Source: an uncultured virus (IMG/VR IMGVR_UViG_3300044987_000436) (Duplodnaviria > Heunggongvirae > Uroviricota > Caudoviricetes). From it: DNA of 64,000 bases. Shown here piece by piece: positions 8,494-19,451 of the stretch. Below the pieces are notes generated by a model, which was given only the letters and a program-made list of their open reading frames with translations, had not been told where the DNA came from and did no database searches. A program made the position numbers and the translations under genes. Position 1 is the first letter of the stretch, and each line of letters begins with the position of its first letter. Location of the stretch: the IMG/VR virus record IMGVR_UViG_3300044987_000436; one strand, 5' to 3'.

Positions 8494-11400
8494 ATGGCAA
8501 AAGCACTCCCCCTTCCAGACGGCACAACTGTAGCTATTCGTGAGGGGGAAACCCCGGCCCAGACATGGGAGCGTGCGCAACGCATGTATCCCGAAGCGTT
8601 TGGAAACGTAGAAGAAAAAGCCAAACCAACACAGGACACCACCGGATTTAAAGCCGCTGCTTCCGCTGGCGCTACTCGTTTGGGCGGTGAGTTTGAACTA
8701 CTCAAAGGCAAGCTCGGCGTAAAGAGCGAAACCGAAGCGCAAAAAGAATACGAAGCCGCGCAAAAACGCGCACAAGAGCGCTTTACACCCACTGAAAAAG
8801 GCTGGACGGAAGCGCCGTTCCAAAAGTTCAAAGAAACCCTTGGCGGCTCCGTTCCGTATATGGTAGCGCCTGCTGCCGCGGGTCTGGCCGCATTGGCTGC
8901 ACCTGTAGCCGCTCCCGTAGCTGCCGGTCTTGGGTTGCTGGGCGCGGGTGCGGTATCTACCGGCCAGTTCACCGGCTCCAATCTTGCCGCGCAAATGGAA
9001 ACAGGCAAGACGCTGGAGGAAGCCAGCCTCGGCAAGGCGGTCGGCGCAGCGATTCCACAGGCGTTGATTGATACGGCAGCTATGGCGCTCTTGCCCGGTG
9101 TGGGCAAGCTCTTCGGCTCTGTAGGCTCCAAGCTAACCGCAGAACAAGCCAAAGCAATCGCCTCACAGACACTGGCCCGCACCGTTGCGGATTACACAGC
9201 CAAGACCGGCATGGCCATGGGGCGCGAAGGTGTTACGGAAGTTGCACAACAGGTTCTTGAGCGTTTGCAGGCAGGTTTGGAAATTACCGACCCCGAAGCC
9301 CGCAAAGAGTACATTGACAGCTTCATTGGCGGCGCTGTCTTGGGTGGCGCAATTGCCCCTGTTGGCCGTGCATTTGAACGCGGTGGTGCCAAAAGTCAGG
9401 CCGCTGCTGAAGACCGCAAAACAAAACTTGCTGCAAGCGCAGAAGAGCAGCGCGTTGCCTCTGAAGCCGCTGCCAAAGAGGAAGCGTTCAGAAATTCCCC
9501 TGACTACGCGCTTAAAGTTGCAGAAGACTACGCCGCTGCCGAAAAAGCTAAAGCCGACTTACTGGCCCAAAAACGCACGATTGTTGAAGGGTCGCCTACT
9601 GAGACTGCGGACAAAGCGTTTAACACGATTATTACCAAACAGCTTCAAGCGCAAGCGCCGGAGCTTAAAGCGCTCGGTGACGAATATGTCCGCCTTGAGC
9701 CAACCATCAAGGATGCTGCCGAGCAAAAGCGTATTGCGGCCCTGACGCCTGAAGAGTATTCGCTGGAGCAGATGAAGCAGGTCTCTGTACCCGAAGGCGT
9801 CTCGACCACGACGGGCGAGCAAGAAAAAGCCGCGCCCCCGGAAGACGCATACGTGGCAGACCGGATTGCGCTGGCCAAAGACCAGACAAACGACACCGCC
9901 GATGTCGGTGACTATGTTGACTACTTGATGGCCAACCAGCGCATGGCGCAGAGTATCGTAGAGAATCAGACAGCGCTGCCCGGCCTCAATCGTGAGGAAC
10001 AGAACGCTGTTCGCGGCGGTTTGAAACTGCAACTGCAAGAGGTTGCTCGGCAACGCGCTGCCGCAGCTCAAGCCGGTACTGCCGCATCTCAAGCTCGTGT
10101 TGGCACCGTAGAGGAAGAAGAACAAGCCGCCATCGAAGAACAACGCCGTGCGGACGAAGCTGAAGCTACCCGCATGGGAACGGAACGCGCTGACGCAGAA
10201 CGCCAAGTTCGTATCGCTCCTGAAGTTGAAGGTATTCAGCGTCTGGGCAAAGCGCCCGAAGGCACATGGAGTTCTGCTAACGCGGACGCTATTTTCCGCA
10301 GCATGTACCAAAAGCAGGCGGACGAGAAGCAAGTTGATAAGCTTCTGTCAACGCTACCCATGCGCTCTATCAGCACCCCCGGTCAAATCTATTCCGGTAT
10401 GGGGTTTGAGGCAGCAAGCCGCCGTGACTTGCTTACCCGCATGGCCGTTGCCAAAGCGCACGCTGGCGTGGAAGACGTGACGCAGCTTCGGCAAGAACTA
10501 GCCGCGCTCGACTCTCGCCCCGCGCAAAATACCGATATTGCGGAACGCCTCCCCGGTGAGGGCGTGCTTCCCGAAGCAGAAAAGAAAACCATTGCGGCTG
10601 AGAAACATGCTGACTGGCAGAGCCAGACCCTGCGCGAGTTCATTCGGTTCCTCCAAGACCGCAAGCAAGGCAAAGTGCGCGGCACGCTGCGGGCTAACCG
10701 CGAAGAACGTTTGGCCAAGGCGTCTGTTGAATTCAAAGAGGCGTTTGCTAAAAGCCACCTTGAAGAGATTGGGGCGCGACTGGATGCGTTTGGCCTCCCA
10801 CCACTGACTGCGGTTGAGAAGAAGATTGCCGAAGGCCGCGTCATGCGAAACCTGAACGAGCTGGAACAACGCTGGGGCGAGGCTCCGGCCAAGGCACCTG
10901 CGGGACAGAAAGCGTTTGCTGCGCCTGTGCAAGCTGTGGAAGTTCTGCAAGAGCAGATTCGCAGCGGTATGTTCAAAACGATCAACGATGCTGCTGAGCG
11001 AATCAACTTGTCACGGCGTGGAGACAAGGCCGGAAAGACTCGCACGGCTGAAGGCGGCGCACGCATCGCTACGCCTGACGAACTCAAACTTCGCGCCGAG
11101 TCCACCGTTCCAAAAGACGACAAGCGTATTGCTACCGAGTTGGCAACGCAGTTGCGGGATACGCTGGATCAGCGAACTTATGCTACGCCAGAACAGCCAT
11201 CACCCGCAGGCAAAGGGGGTTCTAATCGCGCAGACATGGCGCTTACTTTTGGCGCTCAAGAGCGCGGGATGCGTGCGGATATTGCCAGTCGCGCAGAGTC
11301 TCTAGACGAAGACACCAAAGACTTTGTGCGCCTTGCAGCCGATACGTTAGACCAGATCGAGGACAAAGCGCTTATCACACGCCTCAAAGAAGGTTTGCAA

Positions 11401-14400
11401 GACGTGGCTGAAGGCCGCAAAGTCAGCGCACTGACGCAGCAAGAACTCAAAGACTTTGTAGCCACTCGTGCCAAGGATGTGCAGAGCACCACGCGCCCCG
11501 GCGCTACCCCGGAAGAGTTGCAACGCACCAGCGCCCAGCCGCAAATGTCGTTGGCGGGGTTTGACGAAGTTGGAGAGCGTACTCAGCGTGCTACACCTAA
11601 GAACTTCCAGAAGATGCTGGACTCCAAGGATGTGCAGGGTATGCGTGCGGCCATTGCAAAAATGCGCACCGACAACATTGAAGCAATTCAAGAAGCCGCA
11701 CGTAACACCCCGGCTGCGCTGCGTGCATCACGTACCGCCAAAGCTCGTGTAGCGTATAACGCGGCACTTGCACAGGAACAGAAAAACTCTTCAGTTGTCA
11801 GTAAGCTAAAAGCCGTGTTCACAGAAGAGCGTGCGGGCGCAAGAGAAGTTGTTGACGCGCTGCAAAATCAACTTGTTGGTTTGCAAAAAAGAATTGACGA
11901 AGTTGCCGAAGTTCGTTCGATGTTAGGAAAAGAAACAAACGACATGGCGTTGATGATACAAGCGCCAAGTGTTTTGGGGCAGGAAAAAGCACTTCAAAAA
12001 CGTTTGAAAGAAACGCAGACTGCTTTGGATTTTGCTAAAGATTTGGTTGTTGCCGTAGACAAACAAAACGCTGCCAGTGCGACGTTGTATGACATGCTCA
12101 CTAAAGAAGTCACAACTACTACAGAAGTTCAACGTACTAGAGCGGGTGGATTTAGATCAGCGGGGGGTAAGTTCCAAGCGTTCGAAAAACAGCAGCGGCG
12201 GGGCGAGCAAGCGGTTGAGGATGCGCGTAAAGAGCTAGATGCTGCTGAAAGGGCGGAGCGTGAAGCTGCCGTAGAGGTTAAAGAAACTAAGTCGGTACAG
12301 TCAGAGTTCCGCGATGCGGCGCAACGTGCTCGTGAAGGTTTGGACTTGCCCGGACTGCGCAGCACGGTTGATACGACCAAGATGCGGACGCAGATTAGCA
12401 ACATCCGCAGCGCTATGGGATCGCTCGATGCTCAACTCAATGCGGAAACAGACCCCGTTAAGAAAGCAGCTATCCAAGCAAAGATAGACGCTACGGCGGC
12501 TAAGCTAGAAACTGTTTACGCGGACGCCCCGCGTATCACGACGGCTATTGCTGAAAAAGACCAGCTCTTGTTTGAGCAGACGTTTGACGACGTTCATATT
12601 GCCGCTTACGACAAGCAGATGGCCAAGGCACGCATCAAGGGCGGCGAGTACGGCCCCGCACTAGCCAGCCGCAAACAAGGCGCAGTTGCGCGAAGCGGCC
12701 CGTTGACGGTACAGACCGGCGAGAAGCGTGCAACTCCGGCAACTGAAATGGCCGGTAGCGCTCTTGAACGCGTTGCGCAGGAACGTGCCGCGCTGCGTGA
12801 GTTGGAAGACCGCGTTGCGTTCTTGCGCAAAGAAGGCAAAGATAAAGTTAAGGGGCGGCTGACGGATGCCTTTAAAGCGCTGCAAGAGAAAGTTGCAAAA
12901 CAAAAAGCGGTTGTTGCAGAAACGGAAGACGCACAGAAAGCCCTCGTTGCTGCTGTGCGCGATGTAAGTAAAGAAGGACGTGAAGCACGCAAAGAAACGG
13001 GCGGGACTGAAGGCGGGCGATTCCCTGAACGTCGCGCAGGAAATGTTTTGTTCCGCACAACCACTCGTGGCGGTCCTACGTTGGCTACCGAAGAAGTGTC
13101 AGATATTGCAGATCGCATCACCGCTGACTGGAAGAACGCTCCTGAAATTGTTGTAGTGGCAACGGAGAACGAACTGCCGCTGCGCATATTGGGGCAGCTT
13201 GTCAAGCGCGAAGCCACCAAAAACACGCCCGGCTTGTTTGATATTCCAAGTGGCAAAGTGTATTTAATTGCCAGCAATCTTCGTAGTGCCCAAGATGTGG
13301 TGCTTACGGTTGCGCACGAAGCAACAGGCCACTACGGTCTGCGCGATTTACTTGGCGGCGACTACACCCGCACGATGGACAGCCTCTACGCAGGCAACCC
13401 GGATGTGCGTAAAAAAGCCGACGCGAAGCTGTCAAAAGAACCTGAACTAACTCAGCAGGTTGCCGTTGAAGAAGTGCTGGCCGACATGGCCGAGACGGGC
13501 GGTGTTACGCCCGCTGAGAAAAGCGCCTTGCGCCGTATCTACGATGTTCTTCGTAACTGGTTCCGCACCACCTTCAAGCTGCCAAACGTCACCGATGCGG
13601 AAGTCCAACAGCTTGTTGCCAACGCCCGCAAGCAGGTCATTGAGGGCGGCGAGAAAGCAGAAGGCATGGCACCGAGCGGCGAAATACTGCGCCGCACTAA
13701 ACAGACGGAGCCAGCTAACGCACTTGAAGCGCTGGCGCGGGACATTACAACACAGCCCAAAACATTTAAGGAAAAGCTTGGCAGCAATTTTGCACTGCAA
13801 ACCGAAATGCAAGCCGTGGACATGCGTGCCGGTTTGCGCGAGACGCTCCGCTTTGGAGACGACAGTCTGTTTACCCAAGCCATGTACCATGTGCGCAAGG
13901 CCGAGCAAAAGATGGCGCAGATGTTCACGGTCATGAATAGCGGCCCGTTGGTGTCGTACAAAGACGAGAAAGGGCTTGTCGGCTACCGAAGCTCTAACCA
14001 GAACAGCGCTCGTGATGTGTTCGATGCCATCGCTGACATACCTGTGGACGACCCGCAGTTGAAAACCAACATCGCACAGGCGTATCTAGTTGCTATCCGC
14101 GCAAACAACAAAGGGCTGTCGAAACTGGACCTCGGTGAACTGGGCGTTACACAAGAAGCCCTTGACGCTGCCTTGGCCGCTGCCGATGCCGACCCTGCCC
14201 TGAAAACCGCACTGGAGACCGTGCGCCGCAAGTACAACGCTTACAACAAGGGCTTGATTGAGTTTCTTGCTTCGACTGGCCGCATCTCTAAGAAGACAGC
14301 AGCCGACTTGCTGAAAGACGGCGATTACGTTCCGTACTACCGTGTGCGCGACAACGGCATGGCGGAGCTAAACTTTGGCAACAATGTCACGTTCAACGTG

Positions 14401-16347
14401 GGCGACATCCGCCGCCAGCCATACCTTGCGGAGCTTAAAGGTGGCCAGACCAAGTTGCTGCCCCTGAACGAAGCCATTCAGCAAAACACATTGTTGCTGA
14501 CGGACATGGCGCTGACCAACAATGCTGCGAAGAGCGTTGCGTACGGTTTGCAAGCGCTGGGCAAAGGCATGGGTCCAGTCGATCCCAGAACAGGCAAGCC
14601 TAGCAACTTGATGCCAATTAAAACTGGTCCGGGTCCTGCTGACGCACGCACCATTCGTTTCTTCCAAGAGCCTGACCCAAGCGACCCGAAAGACACAGGC
14701 GAGCGCCACTTGCTTGTCAATACCAAAGGCACCGCAGCCGAAGGCATCCCCGCCGAGCTGGTCGTGCAAAGCCTGGAAGGAGCAAGCCTTGCGCTTCCCG
14801 GATTCCTCAAGCTGGGCGGAGCTGCTGCCGATCTGCTGCGTGCTGGTGTGACGCGCACGCCTTTGTACATTGCCCGCAAACTTGTTCGTGAGCCGATGGC
14901 TGCGGCCTTTACGGGTGGTCTGAACACCAACGCGTTCTCGGCGGTCTTCAAAGCAGGTGCTGAGTTTGTACGCATGAGCCGTGGCACTAGTGACGCACAG
15001 GTTAAACTGATCGAGAAGGGCTTGATTCAGTCCAATATTTTCGCAGGCGACATGTCTGACATGAAGAAGATGGCTCTTCAGCTTGCCAGCGGCAAAGACC
15101 AGAGCGCATTCGACAAAGTACTGGCCGCAGCCGACCGATACGCAATGCGTGCTGATGCTGCCACACTGGCGCTGGTACTCAAGAACGCTGAAGAGAACGG
15201 GCTGTCAGAAGTCGAAGCCGACATGATGACGATGGAGTCGATGAACTTCTACAAGCGTGGGCTTTCGCCTACGCTGCAATACGCCAGCCGTTTGATCCCG
15301 TTCTTCAACGCGCAGATTCAAGGTCTGAACGTGTTGGTTAAAGCTGCACGGGGCAACATGCCGTTCGAGGAGCAGCAGCAAATCAAGCGCAAGTTCTTCA
15401 ACAACGCCATGCTGCTAATGGCTACGGGTCTTGTGTACGCAATGGCGATGGAGGACGACGAGACCTTCCGCAACGCCCGCCCACGGGACAAGTACTCCAA
15501 CTTCTTCCTGCCTATCCCGTTTGTGGATGAGCCAGTTAAACTGCCCATTCCGTTTGAAGCCGGTTACTTCTTCTCGCTGGCTGTGGCTGCCGTTGACGGT
15601 ATGCGTGCCGAGACCGATGGCAAGGCGCAGTTTCAAGCGCTGCGTGACTTGTTTCTAGGTTCTATTCCCGGCTACTCGTCAATGGGCATTCCTCAACTTG
15701 TTAAACCGGCGTTTGAAGTATGGGCCGACAAGAATTTACTGACAGGTGCCCCCGTGGAACCTCGCCGTTTGCAGGGCGTCAACATTGAGGAGCGGTACCT
15801 TGCGACCACCACAGAGCTTGCCAAACAGATGAGCAAGGCGGTGCCAATCCTGTCGCCTGTTCAGATCGAGCACATTGTGCGCGGGTATCTGGGCGTGCTG
15901 CCCTTGGTGGCTGCGGCGGGAGCCAACAGTTTGTTTGAGGGTGAGAAAAAGGCGGAGAAACCCGAAAGCCGTGCGTCTGAGTTACCGTTGATTGGCACCG
16001 CGTTCCAAAAAAAGTACGGTGGTGGCGATGCCGACGTGGTATACCGCGAAGCGCAAGACGCCATTGAGGCTCGCAACACATTTAACAAGATGCTCAGAGA
16101 AGGCCGCAGAGAAGACGCCGTTGCTTACCGCGAGGAGAACAAGGCTGATCTAGCTATGGCTTCCGCTGCGGGGCAGTATCGGCAAGTGGTTGGTCGCATC
16201 AACGAGGACATCCGCCGCACGCAAGATCGCACTGACTTGACACCACAAGAAAAACGCATCCGTCTGGATGCGCTGGATAAAGCCAAACAGGAACGCGCCG
16301 ATGCGTTTATTAGTCTTTCACGCAAAGTGGCGGAGCGAACAAGCTAA
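8494..16347 (+). CDS. Large polyvalent virion protein with zincin-like metallopeptidase module and LPD38-like C-terminus
   Basis: 2617 aa; N-terminal hydrophobic Gly/Ala segment; VAHEATGHYGL...AVEEVLADMAE motif; C-terminal MNFYKRG...LIPFFNAQIQG...KLPIPFE...IEHIVRGYLG. Confidence 0.8.
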   Translation: MAKALPLPDGTTVAIREGETPAQTWERAQRMYPEAFGNVEEKAKPTQDTTGFKAAASAGATRLGGEFELLKGKLGVKSETEAQKEYEAAQKRAQERFTPTEKGWTEAPFQKFKETLGGSVPYMVAPAAAGLAALAAPVAAPVAAGLGLLGAGAVSTGQFTGSNLAAQMETGKTLEEASLGKAVGAAIPQALIDTAAMALLPGVGKLFGSVGSKLTAEQAKAIASQTLARTVADYTAKTGMAMGREGVTEVAQQVLERLQAGLEITDPEARKEYIDSFIGGAVLGGAIAPVGRAFERGGAKSQAAAEDRKTKLAASAEEQRVASEAAAKEEAFRNSPDYALKVAEDYAAAEKAKADLLAQKRTIVEGSPTETADKAFNTIITKQLQAQAPELKALGDEYVRLEPTIKDAAEQKRIAALTPEEYSLEQMKQVSVPEGVSTTTGEQEKAAPPEDAYVADRIALAKDQTNDTADVGDYVDYLMANQRMAQSIVENQTALPGLNREEQNAVRGGLKLQLQEVARQRAAAAQAGTAASQARVGTVEEEEQAAIEEQRRADEAEATRMGTERADAERQVRIAPEVEGIQRLGKAPEGTWSSANADAIFRSMYQKQADEKQVDKLLSTLPMRSISTPGQIYSGMGFEAASRRDLLTRMAVAKAHAGVEDVTQLRQELAALDSRPAQNTDIAERLPGEGVLPEAEKKTIAAEKHADWQSQTLREFIRFLQDRKQGKVRGTLRANREERLAKASVEFKEAFAKSHLEEIGARLDAFGLPPLTAVEKKIAEGRVMRNLNELEQRWGEAPAKAPAGQKAFAAPVQAVEVLQEQIRSGMFKTINDAAERINLSRRGDKAGKTRTAEGGARIATPDELKLRAESTVPKDDKRIATELATQLRDTLDQRTYATPEQPSPAGKGGSNRADMALTFGAQERGMRADIASRAESLDEDTKDFVRLAADTLDQIEDKALITRLKEGLQDVAEGRKVSALTQQELKDFVATRAKDVQSTTRPGATPEELQRTSAQPQMSLAGFDEVGERTQRATPKNFQKMLDSKDVQGMRAAIAKMRTDNIEAIQEAARNTPAALRASRTAKARVAYNAALAQEQKNSSVVSKLKAVFTEERAGAREVVDALQNQLVGLQKRIDEVAEVRSMLGKETNDMALMIQAPSVLGQEKALQKRLKETQTALDFAKDLVVAVDKQNAASATLYDMLTKEVTTTTEVQRTRAGGFRSAGGKFQAFEKQQRRGEQAVEDARKELDAAERAEREAAVEVKETKSVQSEFRDAAQRAREGLDLPGLRSTVDTTKMRTQISNIRSAMGSLDAQLNAETDPVKKAAIQAKIDATAAKLETVYADAPRITTAIAEKDQLLFEQTFDDVHIAAYDKQMAKARIKGGEYGPALASRKQGAVARSGPLTVQTGEKRATPATEMAGSALERVAQERAALRELEDRVAFLRKEGKDKVKGRLTDAFKALQEKVAKQKAVVAETEDAQKALVAAVRDVSKEGREARKETGGTEGGRFPERRAGNVLFRTTTRGGPTLATEEVSDIADRITADWKNAPEIVVVATENELPLRILGQLVKREATKNTPGLFDIPSGKVYLIASNLRSAQDVVLTVAHEATGHYGLRDLLGGDYTRTMDSLYAGNPDVRKKADAKLSKEPELTQQVAVEEVLADMAETGGVTPAEKSALRRIYDVLRNWFRTTFKLPNVTDAEVQQLVANARKQVIEGGEKAEGMAPSGEILRRTKQTEPANALEALARDITTQPKTFKEKLGSNFALQTEMQAVDMRAGLRETLRFGDDSLFTQAMYHVRKAEQKMAQMFTVMNSGPLVSYKDEKGLVGYRSSNQNSARDVFDAIADIPVDDPQLKTNIAQAYLVAIRANNKGLSKLDLGELGVTQEALDAALAAADADPALKTALETVRRKYNAYNKGLIEFLASTGRISKKTAADLLKDGDYVPYYRVRDNGMAELNFGNNVTFNVGDIRRQPYLAELKGGQTKLLPLNEAIQQNTLLLTDMALTNNAAKSVAYGLQALGKGMGPVDPRTGKPSNLMPIKTGPGPADARTIRFFQEPDPSDPKDTGERHLLVNTKGTAAEGIPAELVVQSLEGASLALPGFLKLGGAAADLLRAGVTRTPLYIARKLVREPMAAAFTGGLNTNAFSAVFKAGAEFVRMSRGTSDAQVKLIEKGLIQSNIFAGDMSDMKKMALQLASGKDQSAFDKVLAAADRYAMRADAATLALVLKNAEENGLSEVEADMMTMESMNFYKRGLSPTLQYASRLIPFFNAQIQGLNVLVKAARGNMPFEEQQQIKRKFFNNAMLLMATGLVYAMAMEDDETFRNARPRDKYSNFFLPIPFVDEPVKLPIPFEAGYFFSLAVAAVDGMRAETDGKAQFQALRDLFLGSIPGYSSMGIPQLVKPAFEVWADKNLLTGAPVEPRRLQGVNIEERYLATTTELAKQMSKAVPILSPVQIEHIVRGYLGVLPLVAAAGANSLFEGEKKAEKPESRASELPLIGTAFQKKYGGGDADVVYREAQDAIEARNTFNKMLREGRREDAVAYREENKADLAMASAAGQYRQVVGRINEDIRRTQDRTDLTPQEKRIRLDALDKAKQERADAFISLSRKVAERTS

Positions 16348-16541
16348 GCAGCGCGGTCGGGGAGGCGATAGAACCACACCCCGATGATGCCGTCCCGGAT
16401 GCCCGCAATAGCGCGGGCATCTCGGTATCTAAGAGCTTGGTTAAGCCCCTTGACGCGCACGGCTTCCGTGTCGAGGCAGGGGACGAAGAACCCCTGCCCG
16501 CGTTCAGTCTTGTCCCACGGGAACTGAATTGAGTAGCTCAT
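16344..16541 (-). CDS. Hypothetical protein
   Basis: FPWDKTERGQGFFVPC...GVWFYR; last gene of the minus-strand arm. Confidence 0.6.
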   Translation of the reverse strand: MSYSIQFPWDKTERGQGFFVPCLDTEAVRVKGLNQALRYRDARAIAGIRDGIIGVWFYRLPDRAA

Positions 16542-19437
16542 GGTCCTTCTCGGTTACAAGGCGTGAAATCTTCAGCACTGCCACGCGCATCTGAGGGCCA
16601 CGGGTCTTGGCGGTCATGTCCTTCTTGGAGATTTCCGTCACCTTGAACATGTCCCCAAGCTGGCGCTTGAAGTCAGCGTAGCCGAAGCTCATGTTGGCGC
16701 AGCAAGCCTTGAGCATACTCTGCTCGATGAAGTAGTCGATGTACCCCGGCGTTGTGCCGTGCTCGATGCGCCCCATGATGCGTGAGCGGGTAGTCGAGTC
16801 ATCGACCTCCTTGCCGTTGCCAAGCTCTGCCAGAACGCGGTTGCCCTCGATGTGGCGGATAACGATGAAGTGGCCGTAGTGTTCACGGGTATAGGCGTTC
16901 AGGACATCTTCAGCGCTGCGGGCGTTGCCCTTGATGTTGTTGCGCATACCTGTGACGATGCCGTGCAGGAACTCAATGATCTTGCCCATGGGGATGTCCA
17001 CAACACCCGCGTGTTCCTTGGACAACAAGATGCCAGCGCCGACCAACTCGGCAATACCCGCCATCCAGAAGCGCTCGTCATTGGTGGCGTCAAACTCTTT
17101 GTACATGTTCGACACAATCTCGGGCACCAGCGTCTTGAGCATCTCGACGTTCTTGGCCATGTATTCGACCAGCATGTGGCCAGCCACAGCGTAGTTGTGC
17201 TGCAAAGACTTGACGATCTCGATCTCATGCGGCTCCCACTTCAATGGCTGGTCCATGATGAACTCCAGCAAGCGGCGCAGCTCGCCCTCGGATGCGTGGT
17301 TGCGGCCCCCAGTGAGCATGTCCACGGCGTGGGTGTTAGACGACATGATTGCCACGGTCATCCATGTGGACAGGTTCAGGCGCTCTTTGTTGGAGCCGGA
17401 CTCCATGCGCTCCTTGCCACGGCCCTCGGTCATATCCAGCAGGAACTCTGGGAACCACTCGAAGTTGTTGCGGTTCTTGCTGGTGATCTCGTCCGTAATC
17501 AACGGGTTGCTGTTGAGCAGGCCCAAGCGCTGCTGCATGGCTACGGGGGATGTGCCCTTGCCTGTGCGGTAGTGGGTGGGGTGGCCCCAGACGGATGCGG
17601 CTGCTTCCAGCGCCAGCGTCTTGCCCGTGCCGGACTCGGTTGAACCGCAGTGGTAGGTCATGCCGTAGATACCTGTGAAGCGCATCAGTGGCGCTCCAGC
17701 ACCGGCAAGCATAACGGCCAAGTGGGCGTACATCTTCTTGTGGATGAGCAGGTTAATGAATGCTCGCCACGCCTCGATGGTGCCGGTCGGCTTGGTGTTT
17801 GCCACGATGTTCTCCAGCCCCGCCATGGGGACCGAGACAGGCGCTGCTGTCTTGCTGTAAATCTTGCCAGCGAAGACGTAGGTATCGTCTTCTTGCCAGC
17901 CATAGTTTGATGGCACTTTAACGGCTGCCTTGCCGGTACTAGCTTGTTCCACACATGCCCTAACATATTCAAAAAGGTTTTTGTCGTTACCAGCGCCGAA
18001 GGCGGCGATGATGTTTTGTTGAGCCAGCGATTTAACTGTCTCGTCTCTGCTCACTACCGCCCGCTGCGGGATTGTGATTGTTGCTGGCCCCTCGGGTCTG
18101 AGCGCCAGCATGTGAACGGTGTGGTCACCGTTAGTGTTCAGGATGTCAACCACGAACAGGTCGTAAGGCAGGAGCATCACTTGCTTCTTGGATGTGTTGC
18201 CGTCGGCGTCTTCCATCGACTTCTCGGAGAACACGCCGCCCTTGGAGCCGTAGCCGAACCCACGCGGAGGCGTAGGGCGCAGCAGCTTCTTGACCTCGGG
18301 GGCAATGCTCGGGCTTTCGGACGGGATGACGATCTCAATTTCCTTCTCCTCAGTCTCGACAGCGATCTCTCGCCCAAGCGCCAAGGGGTTGGTAATTTTG
18401 CCGAAGTGTTGACACCCGTCACACACGCCGGGGTTCTCGCTCTCGAACTTCACGCACGGGTACGGCCCCTTGATCTGGGCCTGCTTCTCGCGCATCCGCA
18501 CCTCGTCGTAGGGATGCAACTCACTGAGCCACACCGCTGCGCGGTCGCCGTCCGAACACTTCTGGGCAATGCTCAACCAGCCACGCCAGAGCGGCTCCAT
18601 GCCGTCATCTTCTGCGTTCTCAACGAAGTGCTTGAGCTGGGCGCAGCCGATACCCTTCTTGGTCTTCAGGTAGATCGTGCCGAACTTGGTCGTGCTGTTC
18701 TCGAACAGCTTGGCTCCGGCCATCGTTGCTGGTACAGCAGGCGCTGCATCTGGGCGCTTACCCGGCAGACCCAACGCGGACGTTGCCGATACTGGAGCAA
18801 TCGTAGTCAGCTTGGCCGCAATGGCTTGGCTGATGGTGTCGAAGTCGAACCTGTCACCCTCGGCCAGCAGCTTGACCTGCTTGGGTTCACCATACTTCCA
18901 CGACCCGTCATCGTTCTTCTTGAAGTTAAACGTGTCAGGGATGCGCAGAACTCGGGCGGCGTCCGCCGTCACAGTCATATCGATGTTGAGCTTTTGCTGC
19001 TTGCACAGGCGCTTCAAGTTCTCGGCAGTGGGCTTCCACACAGCCACATCGATGTCTTCGGTGAGCGGCCAGTAGCAGTGCAACCCGCCGCCAGAGAACA
19101 CGATCCACGGAGCACCAAGCGCGTCCAAGCCAGTATCGGCAAGGAACGCACCAAGCGCCAGTGCAGCTTGCTTCTTGGAGGCGTAGCCGTCCATGTCGAT
19201 AAACAAAGACTTGATGAAGCGTGCGTTCTCCGCAGTGCGCTTGCCTGCTGTCTCAAACGTAGCCAGCGCGAAGTAAACATCCTGCTGCGCTTCGACCCAG
19301 CCTTCTACGGCAGGTGTGATCTCTTCCAGAGCGTTGACATATACGTGCTTCTTTTTGTTTTTGCTGAATCCTGCCGCACAGTAAACCCCTGTAGTCGGGG
19401 ACGGCAGAACAACCGCAAGGAATTCAAGCGGGGTCAT
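16504..19437 (-). CDS. Primase-helicase (AEP/RepB-like primase, PriCT-like Cys cluster, DUF927-type helicase)
   Basis: SLFIDMD, SGGGLHCYW and RVLRIP primase motifs; CxxF...CDGC cluster; Walker A SGTGKT and Walker B ITDE. Confidence 0.85.
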   Translation of the reverse strand: MTPLEFLAVVLPSPTTGVYCAAGFSKNKKKHVYVNALEEITPAVEGWVEAQQDVYFALATFETAGKRTAENARFIKSLFIDMDGYASKKQAALALGAFLADTGLDALGAPWIVFSGGGLHCYWPLTEDIDVAVWKPTAENLKRLCKQQKLNIDMTVTADAARVLRIPDTFNFKKNDDGSWKYGEPKQVKLLAEGDRFDFDTISQAIAAKLTTIAPVSATSALGLPGKRPDAAPAVPATMAGAKLFENSTTKFGTIYLKTKKGIGCAQLKHFVENAEDDGMEPLWRGWLSIAQKCSDGDRAAVWLSELHPYDEVRMREKQAQIKGPYPCVKFESENPGVCDGCQHFGKITNPLALGREIAVETEEKEIEIVIPSESPSIAPEVKKLLRPTPPRGFGYGSKGGVFSEKSMEDADGNTSKKQVMLLPYDLFVVDILNTNGDHTVHMLALRPEGPATITIPQRAVVSRDETVKSLAQQNIIAAFGAGNDKNLFEYVRACVEQASTGKAAVKVPSNYGWQEDDTYVFAGKIYSKTAAPVSVPMAGLENIVANTKPTGTIEAWRAFINLLIHKKMYAHLAVMLAGAGAPLMRFTGIYGMTYHCGSTESGTGKTLALEAAASVWGHPTHYRTGKGTSPVAMQQRLGLLNSNPLITDEITSKNRNNFEWFPEFLLDMTEGRGKERMESGSNKERLNLSTWMTVAIMSSNTHAVDMLTGGRNHASEGELRRLLEFIMDQPLKWEPHEIEIVKSLQHNYAVAGHMLVEYMAKNVEMLKTLVPEIVSNMYKEFDATNDERFWMAGIAELVGAGILLSKEHAGVVDIPMGKIIEFLHGIVTGMRNNIKGNARSAEDVLNAYTREHYGHFIVIRHIEGNRVLAELGNGKEVDDSTTRSRIMGRIEHGTTPGYIDYFIEQSMLKACCANMSFGYADFKRQLGDMFKVTEISKKDMTAKTRGPQMRVAVLKISRLVTEKDHELLNSVPVGQD

Positions 19438-19451
19438 TAAAGTCCTTGGGG

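Noticed and set aside
17944..19440. 498-aa plus-strand ORF (and similar long antisense ORFs such as 43216-44412 and 47160-48164)
   Set aside because: They lie antisense to well-supported genes with biased codon use; these are shadow ORFs with no recognisable motifs
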